The notes beneath the pieces are model-generated. The model searched no databases, was not told the origin of the DNA, and was given only the letters and a program-made list of their open reading frames with translations. Below, one piece after another: positions 1-9,100 of a DNA stretch of 64,000 nt. Origin of the DNA: Coriobacteriia bacterium. GTDB lineage: Bacteria > Actinomycetota > Coriobacteriia > WRKU01 > JAENWW01. Within the stretch, counting starts at the first letter, position 1, and every line of letters starts with the position of its first letter. The DNA lies in the NCBI GenBank assembly GCA_016649875.1, contig JAENWW010000003.1, forward strand, positions 26,415 to 90,414, read 5' to 3'. A program made the translations under genes and the position numbers.

Positions 1-373
1 ATAAAATGACAGTCCTTCCCTCATCACAAATAGTAATGGTTACATCTTTAAAGGCGGCGTGTATCAAATTGCCGGTTGCCTCGACGATGATCTCCGCGGG
101 CACATCGGTGTCAAACGACAGGAGCTGATCATGGATTGCGGAGGTAATCGAATCAATGAACGAGGTGACGTCTCCGGTATAAGAGATGACGATACTTTCC
201 AGGTGATATTCGTGCGCATGGTAAATTACGATTGTGGCGTTCGTATCACCGTTTATATTGGTACGTGCGCGAAGAGAAAAATCGGTTTCATGGTTTTCGT
301 AGAGGCTCAACGGAACAGAATACCCGGAGGGAGCGACCTCTGAATTATTCGGTTGTTGGGCGATAGATTCCAT
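1..373 (-). CDS. Partial CDS running off the left edge, acidic Thr/Ile/Asp-rich hypothetical protein (MESIAQQPNNSEV...). It does not resemble the DnaA N-terminus.
   Basis: My own reverse-complement translation shows an open frame from the ATG at 373-371 to position 2 (more than 123 codons). The ORF track lists only complete ORFs, so it was not reported there. It is divergent from rpmH across the DnaA-box cluster. Confidence 0.3.
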   Translation of the reverse strand, partial: MESIAQQPNNSEVAPSGYSVPLSLYENHETDFSLRARTNINGDTNATIVIYHAHEYHLESIVISYTGDVTSFIDSITSAIHDQLLSFDTDVPAEIIVEATGNLIHAAFKDVTITICDEGRTVIL

Positions 374-375
374 AT

Positions 376-1060
376 CAAGCTTTCCACAACAGGAGTAGTA
401 ATTAACTTTATCAACAGGGCTGTACCTGTATTTTTAACGGTGTAGCAATGGCATATTCATACGTCTGACCTGCGGTTTTCCTGAAACGAACCGATGTTCG
501 CCGCTGACCACCTGTGTGTTTCTTAGTTTTCCACAAGGAGTGGAAAACTGTGGGTAACTTCAGAACGAAATATCTTTTTCAACCTTCAAGTTCGCAGGTA
601 AAAGTTGGTGTATCCAATTCGCAGGTTTTTTTACCGTGAAAACCTTCGTCCTCCGTCCCTGTCATTTGCACTGGGAGAACGCATCGATCAAAAAGATTTT
701 CCGCAGGGCATGCGAAGAAATAACGCTATTTCCAATTGTCAAGCAGAGTATAACGATGCATTGTGTTGTAGGTAGGTTTCGGCTAAGTAGCAAATGCGCC
801 TACAGCGTTGTGAGCCCCTATATTAGCAGTATTGAAAGGAGGTATTTTTTTGCGGAAAAGTTATCCACAGCTTTGTTGTGCTTGCCACAAGGTCTTTCCA
901 CAGTTTCCACAGATTTTCAGTGAATATTTTAAAAGATATAACAATACCGCCGACCTGCGAAAACAATGTTTTTATTGAATTCTTTCCAAAGAATATCGGG
1001 ATTATTTTTCTCATTTGATATCTGCGAAAATAATTGACTTATCCCCTGCCCTCGTCTATA
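376..1060. promoter_or_regulatory. oriC-like region: a cluster of DnaA-box 9-mers plus an AT-rich stretch upstream of rpmH
   Basis: DnaA-box-like 9-mers occur at 380-388 (CTTTCCACA) and 527-535 (TTTTCCACA). The latter forms a convergent inverted pair with 539-547 and 549-557 (TGTGGGTAA, reverse orientation). Further boxes lie at 861-869 (TTATCCACA, perfect E. coli consensus), 882-890 (TTGCCACAA), 894-902 (CTTTCCACA) and 904-912 (TTTCCACAG). AT-rich tracts at 921-1046 are candidates for the DNA unwinding element. The position immediately upstream of rpmH is the canonical origin context. Confidence 0.6.
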
Positions 1061-1108
1061 CTTTTCTCCTTGCGTCTGTTATTGCAGACACATCGATAAG
1101 GAGGAACC

Positions 1109-1243
1109 GTGAAGAGAACTTACCAGCCTAACAACAGGCACCGCGCTAAAACACATGGCTTTCGTGCACGTATGTCCACTCCCGGTGGGCGTGCCGTTCT
1201 AGCTGCTCGTCGTCGTAAGGGCCGTCACAGCCTTTGTGTGTAA
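1109..1243 (+). CDS. rpmH: 50S ribosomal protein L34
   Basis: GTG start preceded by an AAGGAGG RBS at 1098-1104. The translation [44 protein letters not shown] (44 aa) is a near-invariant L34 sequence. Confidence 0.9.
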   Translation: MKRTYQPNNRHRAKTHGFRARMSTPGGRAVLAARRRKGRHSLCV

Positions 1244-1266
1244 TGTGACAGTTTGGGCGCTTTATC

Positions 1267-1605
1267 ATGAGTGCTAAACATATAATAAAGTCTTCTGAAG
1301 AAATCAGTCGTGTCCTTAAAGAGGGAAAGCGTTACAACCACTTTTTGTGCACCATTTATATACTGAAGACACCTGAGTATCGCGACCCTAGTGGCCGCGT
1401 TGCTTATATTGCAGGTAAAAAGCTCGGAAATGCCGTATGGAGAAACCGTTCGAAGAGAGTAATGCGTGCCGCCGTACGGGTTGCCGAGGCGGTTATTCCC
1501 GGGTATGACATACTGGTAGTTGCAAAAAAGGCAACGGAAAGGGCTGGATCGGCAGTAGTCGCACAGGCTATTGCCTCAATAGTCGCCAGCAAACTGATAA
1601 AATGA
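1267..1605 (+). CDS. rnpA: Ribonuclease P protein component
   Basis: 112 aa and basic. It contains the RNase P protein motif [21 protein letters not shown] and sits in the conserved position after rpmH. Confidence 0.85.
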   Translation: MSAKHIIKSSEEISRVLKEGKRYNHFLCTIYILKTPEYRDPSGRVAYIAGKKLGNAVWRNRSKRVMRAAVRVAEAVIPGYDILVVAKKATERAGSAVVAQAIASIVASKLIK

Positions 1606-1850
1606 ATAAAGAAAGAGTTTCAACGTTTATAGCCTCCCTACCGCGCCGCTTGCTCGTCTTATTGATACGGGGATATCAGCAGGTTATCTCTCCCCTCTCC
1701 CCTCCTTCCTGCAGATTCGCACCCAGCTGTTCCGCATATGCGGTTACGGCTTTACAGCGTTACGGAGTCATGAAAGGCGGGTGGCTCGCATTCAAGCGAA
1801 TCTTGCGCTGTAATCCGTGGAATCCCGGTGGGTATGATCCAGTACCTTAA
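1602..1850 (+). CDS. yidD: Membrane protein insertion efficiency factor YidD
   Basis: 82 aa with the conserved [23 protein letters not shown]...CNPW motif. It overlaps the rnpA stop. Confidence 0.85.
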   Translation: MNKERVSTFIASLPRRLLVLLIRGYQQVISPLSPPSCRFAPSCSAYAVTALQRYGVMKGGWLAFKRILRCNPWNPGGYDPVP

Positions 1851-1872
1851 CCTCAATTAAAAGGAGAATATC

Positions 1873-2694
1873 GTGTGGAATGCCTTTAAGGAAATATTGC
1901 TTCAGGTCCTGGTATGGATAAATACATTTGCCGGTGACTGGGGACTAACGATAATTATTTTCACTGTTCTAATTAGATTGCTCTTGTGGCCGCTAACGGC
2001 GAAGCAAGTAAAATCAACTTATGAAATGCAGAAGGTAGCCCCGGAGATAAAGCGCATCCAAGAGAAGTATAAGGATGACAAAGAAAAGCAGCAAGAAGAA
2101 CTCAAGAAGTTCTACTCGGAAAATAAGGTGAACCCGTTTGCTTCTTGCCTGCCCATGATTTTGCAGATGCCTTTCTTCTGGGCATTGTACCAAGTGCTCG
2201 GGCCTGTTTCCAAGAAGGCCCTTACAAGCACAGGCTCCGCCGTATTGGCAAAGATCAATCTTTCAGCCTACCTCACACAGGAACATCAGGTCGGGCATTT
2301 TTTCGGAATCATTTACAATATAGCGTTGACACCTGCGGGAATATTTAAGAGCGGGCATTTTGTGACCCTCATCCCCTATGTTCTTCTCGTAGTACTTTTC
2401 GGTTTGAGCATCTGGCTGCCGCAGGCGCTCATGCCCGGAGAAAAATCGCAAAAAATGATCGGTCTCTACATGGCCGTGTTCATGTTATTCATTGGTTGGA
2501 GTTCACCTGCCGGTGTGCTTCTCTACTGGGACGTTTCATCAATTCTCGGTATAGCCCAACAGCAACTCACTCAGAACGCCGTCAAGAAAGCGCTCGGTGA
2601 TGAAGAGGGGCTTGTCGAAGAAGCGATGGAGCTTGCCGACGGAGAAGTTCCCAAAAAGAAAAAGGCGCCCAAAGGAAATAAGAAGAACAAATAG
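1873..2694 (+). CDS. yidC: Membrane protein insertase YidC (short Gram-positive type)
   Basis: 273 aa with multiple transmembrane segments, the YidC/Oxa1 core (LLWPLTAKQVKS...NPFASCLPMILQMPFFWALY) and a lysine-rich C-terminal tail. Confidence 0.85.
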   Translation: MWNAFKEILLQVLVWINTFAGDWGLTIIIFTVLIRLLLWPLTAKQVKSTYEMQKVAPEIKRIQEKYKDDKEKQQEELKKFYSENKVNPFASCLPMILQMPFFWALYQVLGPVSKKALTSTGSAVLAKINLSAYLTQEHQVGHFFGIIYNIALTPAGIFKSGHFVTLIPYVLLVVLFGLSIWLPQALMPGEKSQKMIGLYMAVFMLFIGWSSPAGVLLYWDVSSILGIAQQQLTQNAVKKALGDEEGLVEEAMELADGEVPKKKKAPKGNKKNK

Positions 2695-2727
2695 TCCATT
2701 ATTTGTAGCGATTGAGGAGAAAGACAA

Positions 2728-3462
2728 ATGGCAGCAGAGTATACAGCGGAAGCAGCAACTGTTGAAGAAGCTCTTGACTTCGCTCTTGAGCAACTCGGTG
2801 TCCAACAAGATGCAGTCGATTACGAGATAATCGAAGAGGCATCAAAGAAGCATTTCGGTTTCGGAGCGGATAGACTGGCGAAAGTTCGCGTCGTGGTGAA
2901 AGAGAGCTTTTCCGTTTCCGGGGATGCCGGCGAGACTTCCGAAGCGGTACATTCATCTCAAATTGACAACAAGATAGATAGTGAAGATCTCTCCGATGAG
3001 CAAATTGATGAAATTGCAGATTCTGCTATCGCAGTCGTTCGCAAGATTGCCGCTTACTGTGGGGCGGAAGGATTTGAGATCAACGAATACGAAGGTGAAG
3101 ACGGTGAGATTGTTCTCGACCTCGTCGGCGAAAATCTCGCATTCCTCATCGGTCGCCATGGTCGAACTGTTGATGCCTTGCAAACTGCTACCTCTGCTAT
3201 TGTGACGAAAGAAATCGGGATTCGCTACCCCATCACTGTAGATGTCGAAGGTTACAAACATCGTAGAAAACAGAAGGTAATTGAAATTGCGCAGCATGCT
3301 GCGGAGCGCGCCAAGCGCACGGGGTATCCGGTGGACCTCCGTCCGATGAGTCCGCAAGAGCGCCGCATAGTACACATCGCTATTCGGGAGCTTGTTGGAG
3401 TCGAGAGTTCCAGTAGTGGAATCGGTGACGAGCGCCATGTCGTGGTTAAGACCATCAGCTAA
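2728..3462 (+). CDS. jag: Jag/KhpB RNA-binding protein (Jag_N, KH and R3H domains)
   Basis: 244 aa. The C-terminal R3H region (RPMSPQERRIVHIAIREL) is present. It sits in the conserved position after yidC. Confidence 0.8.
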   Translation: MAAEYTAEAATVEEALDFALEQLGVQQDAVDYEIIEEASKKHFGFGADRLAKVRVVVKESFSVSGDAGETSEAVHSSQIDNKIDSEDLSDEQIDEIADSAIAVVRKIAAYCGAEGFEINEYEGEDGEIVLDLVGENLAFLIGRHGRTVDALQTATSAIVTKEIGIRYPITVDVEGYKHRRKQKVIEIAQHAAERAKRTGYPVDLRPMSPQERRIVHIAIRELVGVESSSSGIGDERHVVVKTIS

Positions 3463-3486
3463 GTCGTTTCAATCTACACTCTTTAG

Positions 3487-3515
3487 GAAAGCTCCCTCAC
3501 AGGAGCTTTCTTTAT
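3487..3515 (+). terminator. Rho-independent terminator after jag
   Basis: A perfect 9-bp stem (GAAAGCTCC paired with GGAGCTTTC) with a 6-nt loop, followed by TTTAT. Confidence 0.6.
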
Positions 3516-3573
3516 GCCAAAAATCGGTGAATCAACAAGAATTGGCAAAAGTCCTTCAGGCACGAATAAAGGA

Positions 3574-3603
3574 TTGACTTTCATTATGTATGTTAAGTAC
3601 TAT
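3574..3603 (+). promoter_or_regulatory. Candidate sigma-A promoter for rsmG-parAB: -35 TTGACT, 18-bp spacer, -10 TACTAT
   Basis: Sequence match to the consensus hexamers. It lies between the jag terminator and the parS sites. Confidence 0.4.
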
Positions 3604-3628
3604 TTACTTCGGTGTAAATCTGAGAATA

Positions 3629-3644
3629 TGTTTCACGTGAAACA
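3629..3644. promoter_or_regulatory. parS site 1 (TGTTTCACGTGAAACA), embedded in a 30-bp perfect palindrome at 3622-3651
   Basis: Exact match to the ParB/Spo0J-binding parS consensus tGTTnCACGTGAAACa. It lies in the 5' leader of the rsmG-parA-parB operon near oriC. Confidence 0.8.
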
Positions 3645-3663
3645 TATTCTCGAAATCAAAATA

Positions 3664-3679
3664 TGTTTCACGTGAAACA
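3664..3679. promoter_or_regulatory. parS site 2 (TGTTTCACGTGAAACA), 35 bp centre-to-centre from site 1 and abutting the rsmG RBS
   Basis: Second exact 16-mer parS consensus. It is followed immediately by CGGAG, then 4 nt, then the ATG at 3690. Confidence 0.8.
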
Positions 3680-3689
3680 TCGGAGCATA

Positions 3690-4388
3690 ATGAGCTTTAC
3701 TCAGTACCTACCCAAAGACTTTCCCATAACCGAGGATCAGATTGCTCTTCTCGATCGACATCTCGCGTATGTGCTACAAGCAAATGAAAAGGTTCGACTG
3801 ACGGCTATAAAGTCACAGGAGGATGGAGAACGCTTGCATGTCGCCGATTCGCTTTATGGGCTTCCCGAGGTGCTAGATGCACCTCCCGGCATGTTACTTG
3901 ACATGGGAACCGGTGGTGGATATCCGGGGATTCCCCTCGGACTCCTTTCAGGAAGAAAGACTGTATTATTAGATGCGGTCAGCAAGAAGTGCAGGATGCT
4001 TGATCTATATTTAGAAAGCGAGCCGGCGCTTCATGGCCATTCAACTTCAGACCTGAGGGCTGAAGAACTGGCCATGTGTGAGGGTAAACGATATTCAGCA
4101 GTGACTGCAAGAGCCCTTTCTGCACTCCCCTCTCTCGTCGAACTGGCAAGCCCGCTGTTGAGTCGTGGCGGGCGATTTGTCGCCTATAAAGGTGCGCTGT
4201 GTGAAGAAGAGCTCGTTTCCGGCGACTCGGTTGCGGCGTACACGGGTATGAGACGGATATCGGTAAGGCGGTATGTCCTTCCCGACGGGAATGAACGGCG
4301 TGCTATTGTAGTCTATGAGAAGTTCGCCGATTCAAAGACAAAACTTCCTCGACGTCCCGGTATGGCGCAAAGGAGACCTTTTGCTTAA
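3690..4388 (+). CDS. rsmG: 16S rRNA (guanine527-N7)-methyltransferase RsmG/GidB
   Basis: SAM-binding motif LDMGTGGGYPGIPLGL and a GidB-like length. I prefer the start at 3690 (RBS CGGAG) over the ORF-track start at 3663, which lies inside the parS site. Confidence 0.85.
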   Translation: MSFTQYLPKDFPITEDQIALLDRHLAYVLQANEKVRLTAIKSQEDGERLHVADSLYGLPEVLDAPPGMLLDMGTGGGYPGIPLGLLSGRKTVLLDAVSKKCRMLDLYLESEPALHGHSTSDLRAEELAMCEGKRYSAVTARALSALPSLVELASPLLSRGGRFVAYKGALCEEELVSGDSVAAYTGMRRISVRRYVLPDGNERRAIVVYEKFADSKTKLPRRPGMAQRRPFA

Positions 4389-4435
4389 TAGATTTCGATA
4401 TATGCATAATGGAGCAGGTATGAAGGGAGAATTCG

Positions 4436-5221
4436 TTGGATGAAGAAGGCAATAACTCAAAGCGGCATGTTTTTGCCGTTGTCAACCAAAAAGGTGGAGT
4501 CGGTAAGAGCACAACGGCAGTCAATTTAGCTGCTGCGCTTGGTGAACTCGGTCAAAAGGTGCTTCTCATCGATCTCGATCCGCAAGGGAATGCTACTTCG
4601 GGATTCGGTCTTTCTAAGAATCGTAGAGGAAAATGCGTTTATAATGCGCTTCTCGAAGAAACAACACTCGAAGAGATTGCAGAGATAACCGACAGCCCGG
4701 GAGTCACCGTCGTGCCGTCAACCATTCAACTAGCGGGGGCAGAAGTCGAATTGGTAAACGCAATGAGTCGTGAAATGAGACTGCGGCGCCTCATAGAGCC
4801 TATACGCGACCAATATGATTATGTGCTCATCGACTGTGCCCCATCTCTGGGCTTGCTCACAATCAACGCTTTGACCGCTGCTGATGGATTGATAATTCCT
4901 ATCCAGTGCGAGTTTTATGCGCTAGAAGGTCTGTCAAAACTTTTGGATAGTGTCAGGCTCGTCAATACGCATCTCAACGCCGAGCTCCGCGTGTTCGGGG
5001 TAGTTATGACGATGTATTCTTCGCGCATGAGACTTGCGAATCAAGTCGTTGCAGAAGTGCGGGCGTATTTTGACGATGAAGTGTTTAAGACATTAATTCC
5101 TCGCACAGTTCGGCTTTCCGAAGCACCTGGCTTCGGGTTGCCGATAACAGAATATGATACAACCGGTAAAGGTGCTCTTGCCTATCGCAACCTAGCAAAG
5201 GAAGTGGTTTCTCGTGGCTAA
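4436..5221 (+). CDS. parA: Chromosome partitioning ATPase ParA/Soj
   Basis: Deviant Walker A motif VNQKGGVGKSTTAVNLAA together with DLDPQGN, both typical of ParA/Soj. Confidence 0.9.
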   Translation: MDEEGNNSKRHVFAVVNQKGGVGKSTTAVNLAAALGELGQKVLLIDLDPQGNATSGFGLSKNRRGKCVYNALLEETTLEEIAEITDSPGVTVVPSTIQLAGAEVELVNAMSREMRLRRLIEPIRDQYDYVLIDCAPSLGLLTINALTAADGLIIPIQCEFYALEGLSKLLDSVRLVNTHLNAELRVFGVVMTMYSSRMRLANQVVAEVRAYFDDEVFKTLIPRTVRLSEAPGFGLPITEYDTTGKGALAYRNLAKEVVSRG

Positions 5222-6089
5222 TAAAGGTGGGCTCGGAAAAGGGCTCGGTGCAATTTTCACCGCAACATCTCAAGAATCATCGCTTGGAGCGCAAGACATC
5301 AATGAGTTGCCGATAAATAAAATCGAACCCAATCCGGACCAACCGAGAACCGATATCGATGAAGAGGCGATTGCGGAGTTGAGCGCCTCCGTTGCGCAGC
5401 ATGGGGTTTTGATGCCTATTATGGTACGACCTATCGGGGACAAGTACCAAATTATCGCCGGTGAGCGTCGCTGGAGAGCGGCACGGCTCGCAGGTCTTGA
5501 AAAGGTTCCTGTTGTAATCCGTAATTCGGGGGACGCGGAGACACTTGAAATAGCTTTGATTGAAAATCTCCAGCGAGAAGATCTCAATGCCATTGAAGCT
5601 GCTTATGGGTATAAGCGCCTCATTGAGAAGCATAGCCTTACGCAAAGCGAGTTGGCAGAGAGAGTGTCAAAGTCACGATCGGCGGTTACAAATACCTTAA
5701 GGCTTATCGATTTGCCTGAAGAAGTGCAGGCGTTGCTTTATGAAGGTAAACTAACTGCCGGACATGCTCGGGCGGTACTTTCGCTTCCCGGGGATGATGC
5801 GCGTGTCAAACTGGCCAATAAAATCGTAGAGAATAACCTTTCGGTCCGCGATGCCGAGAATATGGCTCGCCTTTATGAGGGAGGAGCCCTGCCCAAATCC
5901 GCTCGACTCGTTGCTCCTAAGTCATATAAGACTGTTGCGCGTAAGCTTCGCCGTCTATTGGATGCGAAAGTGCGTGTGAAGCAGACGAAAGATAAGAACA
6001 AAATTGAGATTGAGTTCGAAGATGAGGCCGACCTCATGAGAATCTTCGATACGCTCAGCGGAATAAATTCTACTTATTCGGAAGAATAG
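5214..6089 (+). CDS. parB: Chromosome partitioning protein ParB/Spo0J
   Basis: ParB box motifs (IAGERRWRAARLAGL), a helix-turn-helix and an 8-nt overlap with parA. Confidence 0.9.
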   Translation: MANKGGLGKGLGAIFTATSQESSLGAQDINELPINKIEPNPDQPRTDIDEEAIAELSASVAQHGVLMPIMVRPIGDKYQIIAGERRWRAARLAGLEKVPVVIRNSGDAETLEIALIENLQREDLNAIEAAYGYKRLIEKHSLTQSELAERVSKSRSAVTNTLRLIDLPEEVQALLYEGKLTAGHARAVLSLPGDDARVKLANKIVENNLSVRDAENMARLYEGGALPKSARLVAPKSYKTVARKLRRLLDAKVRVKQTKDKNKIEIEFEDEADLMRIFDTLSGINSTYSEE

Positions 6090-6195
6090 TTTAGAAGCGA
6101 CGATGCGCGACTTGACGGGCCGTCCATCTATGGTGGTCCGTCTTTGTGTCCGACTGTCAAGGTATGATACCGACTGTCACAAATAAGGAGCTGAC

Positions 6196-9100
6196 ATGAG
6201 TTTACATATCATTACAGGCGCAGACGGAACAGGCAAGTTGGACATGCTGCTGAATATGTTGTCTCACCTCAAAGAGCAGAAATTTCAGGAGACGAACATT
6301 TTATGCCCGCAAATAGCCGCCGCCGATGTGCTTGGTCGGAAACTATCCCGTGTCGGAATTGCCGACATCGGTGTAATCGATATCAATCGTTGGATTACCA
6401 AGCTATGGGAACAAAAGGGTGGCAATCGGGCGCTGATCGAACCTGAGCAGCGAAACGATATCCTTTTTCAAGCGGCGAGTTCTTTCGTCGATGAAAAAGG
6501 AGATGCGGAGCGCCATTCCTATCTGCTTTCCCGAGGAGTTCACGATATTCTCAACGATATCGTCGTGCATATAGGCGCTGCATCGAACATATCCGAGACA
6601 TCTTTGCTCGTCCGCGAAAATGCAGGAGAGGATATTTTCTCCGTATGGAAGCGTTATGCAAAAGATTTGGATGTGATGAATCTTGTAGAAAGAGTAGACG
6701 CACTCGCGGAAATGGTCGTCCTTGGGAAGTCCGACGCTATCGATACGATTATAGGTGTCTACGGTTTTACCGGTTTTGATCCGGCACAGCTATCGTTCCT
6801 TTCAGCCCTTGCAAGAAATAACGAGGTGGTGGTTTCACTTCTGTACGACGAAGAAGTCTCCGGGACAGAGCAAATTTTCGGTCTGTACCGATATTTCAAA
6901 GGGATACTGCAAGAAACCGGCGGTACGGAAATTTACCTGCCCCTGCCGGACGGCTCGGTCCGCACGCCGGCTTCGTTCGCGGATAGAATGTTTGGGAATT
7001 CTGCGACACGGGAAACGAGAGGTTACGTTGAAAGTGGGGCGCTGTCGTTTGGTTTCGCGCAGGGAAAAGCTGCCGAAATCTCCTTGATCGTCAAAACCTG
7101 CAAAGAGGCACTTGAGTCGTATGAACCGAATGAAATAGCTATTATATTTAGAGGATTCAAAAGAAATAGCTATAAAATAATAGAGGAACTCGAACGATAC
7201 GGAATCGCCTATAGCGTGGATATAACCATTCCTTTAAGAGCGACTCCTTTGGGTGCGGCCTTTTTCTCACTGGTACAGATGGCTCCGGAGCTTGCAACTT
7301 ATACCGAGAAGAAACGCGTTTCCATTATTGAGTCCAAGCAAAAATATGGCGAATTTCTCAGGAGCTCATTTTCGGGTTGGAATGATGAGATTTATTTTGC
7401 CGCAGATGAGAACTTCAGGTCGCAGGAAAAATATATTTCCTCTTATGAGACGGTTTATGAGGCACTTTCCTCCTCAACGGGACGGTATTCGAATAAAGTG
7501 GTGTCGAGTTTGAAAATTGCGGTTCGAACGATGCGTCTCGATGACTGGAAGACCGTACTCGATGCGATGTTGTCCAGCTCGTTGGAGGAAGAGCGACTTT
7601 CGAAGTTTTGGCATATGCAAAATACGGCGGCACACCACAACATGATAGAAGCATTGTCACAAGCCGTTCAAAGGGTGGCCTCCGCTGAAAATATAATAGA
7701 TTTCGCTGCGTTTTTTGAACTTATATATCGTGGAACCGTCAATTTGACGGAGCAAAAGAGTGCTACGGGGGGAGTTCTCGTTTCGGATTCTTCGCGAGTT
7801 CGGGGGAGAGAACCGAAAGTCGTCATTATCGGAGGTCTTTCCCGAGAAGAATATCGGAACGCCCATTGCGAAACGCCCTCCGAAAGGATCGTGAATGCAC
7901 AAATCGACGGCCTGACGGGGGAGAGACCTGATAGCGCGCGCCGCGCACGCTTGCAAGAAGAACTCTTCGCTTATGAGGTGTTGGCGAGTGCTCAGGAAGC
8001 TGTGTATCTGTGCATTCAGCCCGAAGATGAGCATGGAGAGGCGGTCGCGACCTCCTTGCTCGTCGATGATGTTTTCAGTGACCAAGAATGTTTCAATTCG
8101 AATCAGTTGTTCACCGAAGAGTTTTATCGAGCGGACATCTTCCAAAAACAACGCTTCTCTGCGTATTTAAAAAATGCAGGTGATCCGGACTCGATAGATG
8201 TCGGCTTCGGGTTCGGACAGCGAAAGCGGCCCGATGAGCGGCTTACGCTTGCTCCTCCCTTTATTCCCGACAGGGGAGTCAGCGTGCTCGATCTCTACGG
8301 GGACGAGGAAAGGCTCGGCGGTGCAAGCGAGCGGGAATTCAGTCCGAGCGGGATCGAACTATTCGCCAAGTGTCCGTATGGATGGTTCGTGGATAGATAT
8401 TGTCCGAGCGGTTCTTTAGACGAGGGCATGGACGCAAAAGCTGCCGGTATCGCCATTCATGCGATTCTGGAAGATTTTTATACAACATGGACTGCGCCGA
8501 AGAGCGCGGGGGGCAAAGGACAACGGCGGGTTGTTCGAGAAAATCTTGATGGTGCACTGGCGCATCTCCACGAAAGGTTCAAGATTCATCCGCCGAGAAT
8601 CGCCAGGCTTGATATTTTGAAATGTGCGAACTGGACGGTCGAACAGGTGCGTTGGTATTGGGGATTGCTCAAAAAAGCAGAACATCGAATCAGAAAAGAT
8701 GCCGATTTGTTGTGCGGAGCAGCGGATGAGACTTTTTATCCGTACCGGTTCGAATATAAATTCGGCTCTTTGTCGCATGGAGATGATTCCGACGTGTCGC
8801 CGATATGCAAGGCGCATGTCGGTATCGTTCCCATACACGGCCTTGTCGATAGGATAGATATCGATGCCGAAGGGCGACGCTATGTCGTCCTGGATTATAA
8901 AGGCGGCATCTCGACAAAAGAGGGGCTTGAGATTTTAAAGAGTGTAAAAATTCAAATACTGCTTTATCTGATTGCCGCACAGGATGTGTTGCAAGGTGAG
9001 GAAGACATGACAAACGATGTCAACCCGGCGGGAGCCGCCTATATTTCATACTCCAAGAGTGTCGGCGACAGGGGAATCTTCAAAAATGTGTCCGCGGACA

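Noticed and set aside
59-343. + strand 94-aa ORF in the first 350 bp
   Set aside because: It overlaps a longer open frame on the minus strand that has a proper ATG and runs off the edge. It has no recognisable motifs. I kept the minus-strand partial CDS as the more likely, low-confidence call.
636-923. 95-aa + strand ORF inside the DnaA-box region
   Set aside because: It lies in the AT-rich origin region and spans the DnaA boxes. It has no RBS and no homology features. It is most likely a non-coding origin.
3622-3680. CACGTG-centred palindromes read first as a CcpA cre, a LacI-type operator or a terminator hairpin
   Set aside because: The half-sites are in the wrong order for cre, and no U-tract follows the stem. 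The 16-mer is an exact parS consensus.
6090-6150. Possible terminator hairpin after parB (GGGCCGTCCATCTATGGTGGTCCGTC)
   Set aside because: The stem is not properly self-complementary on checking and there is no U-tract.
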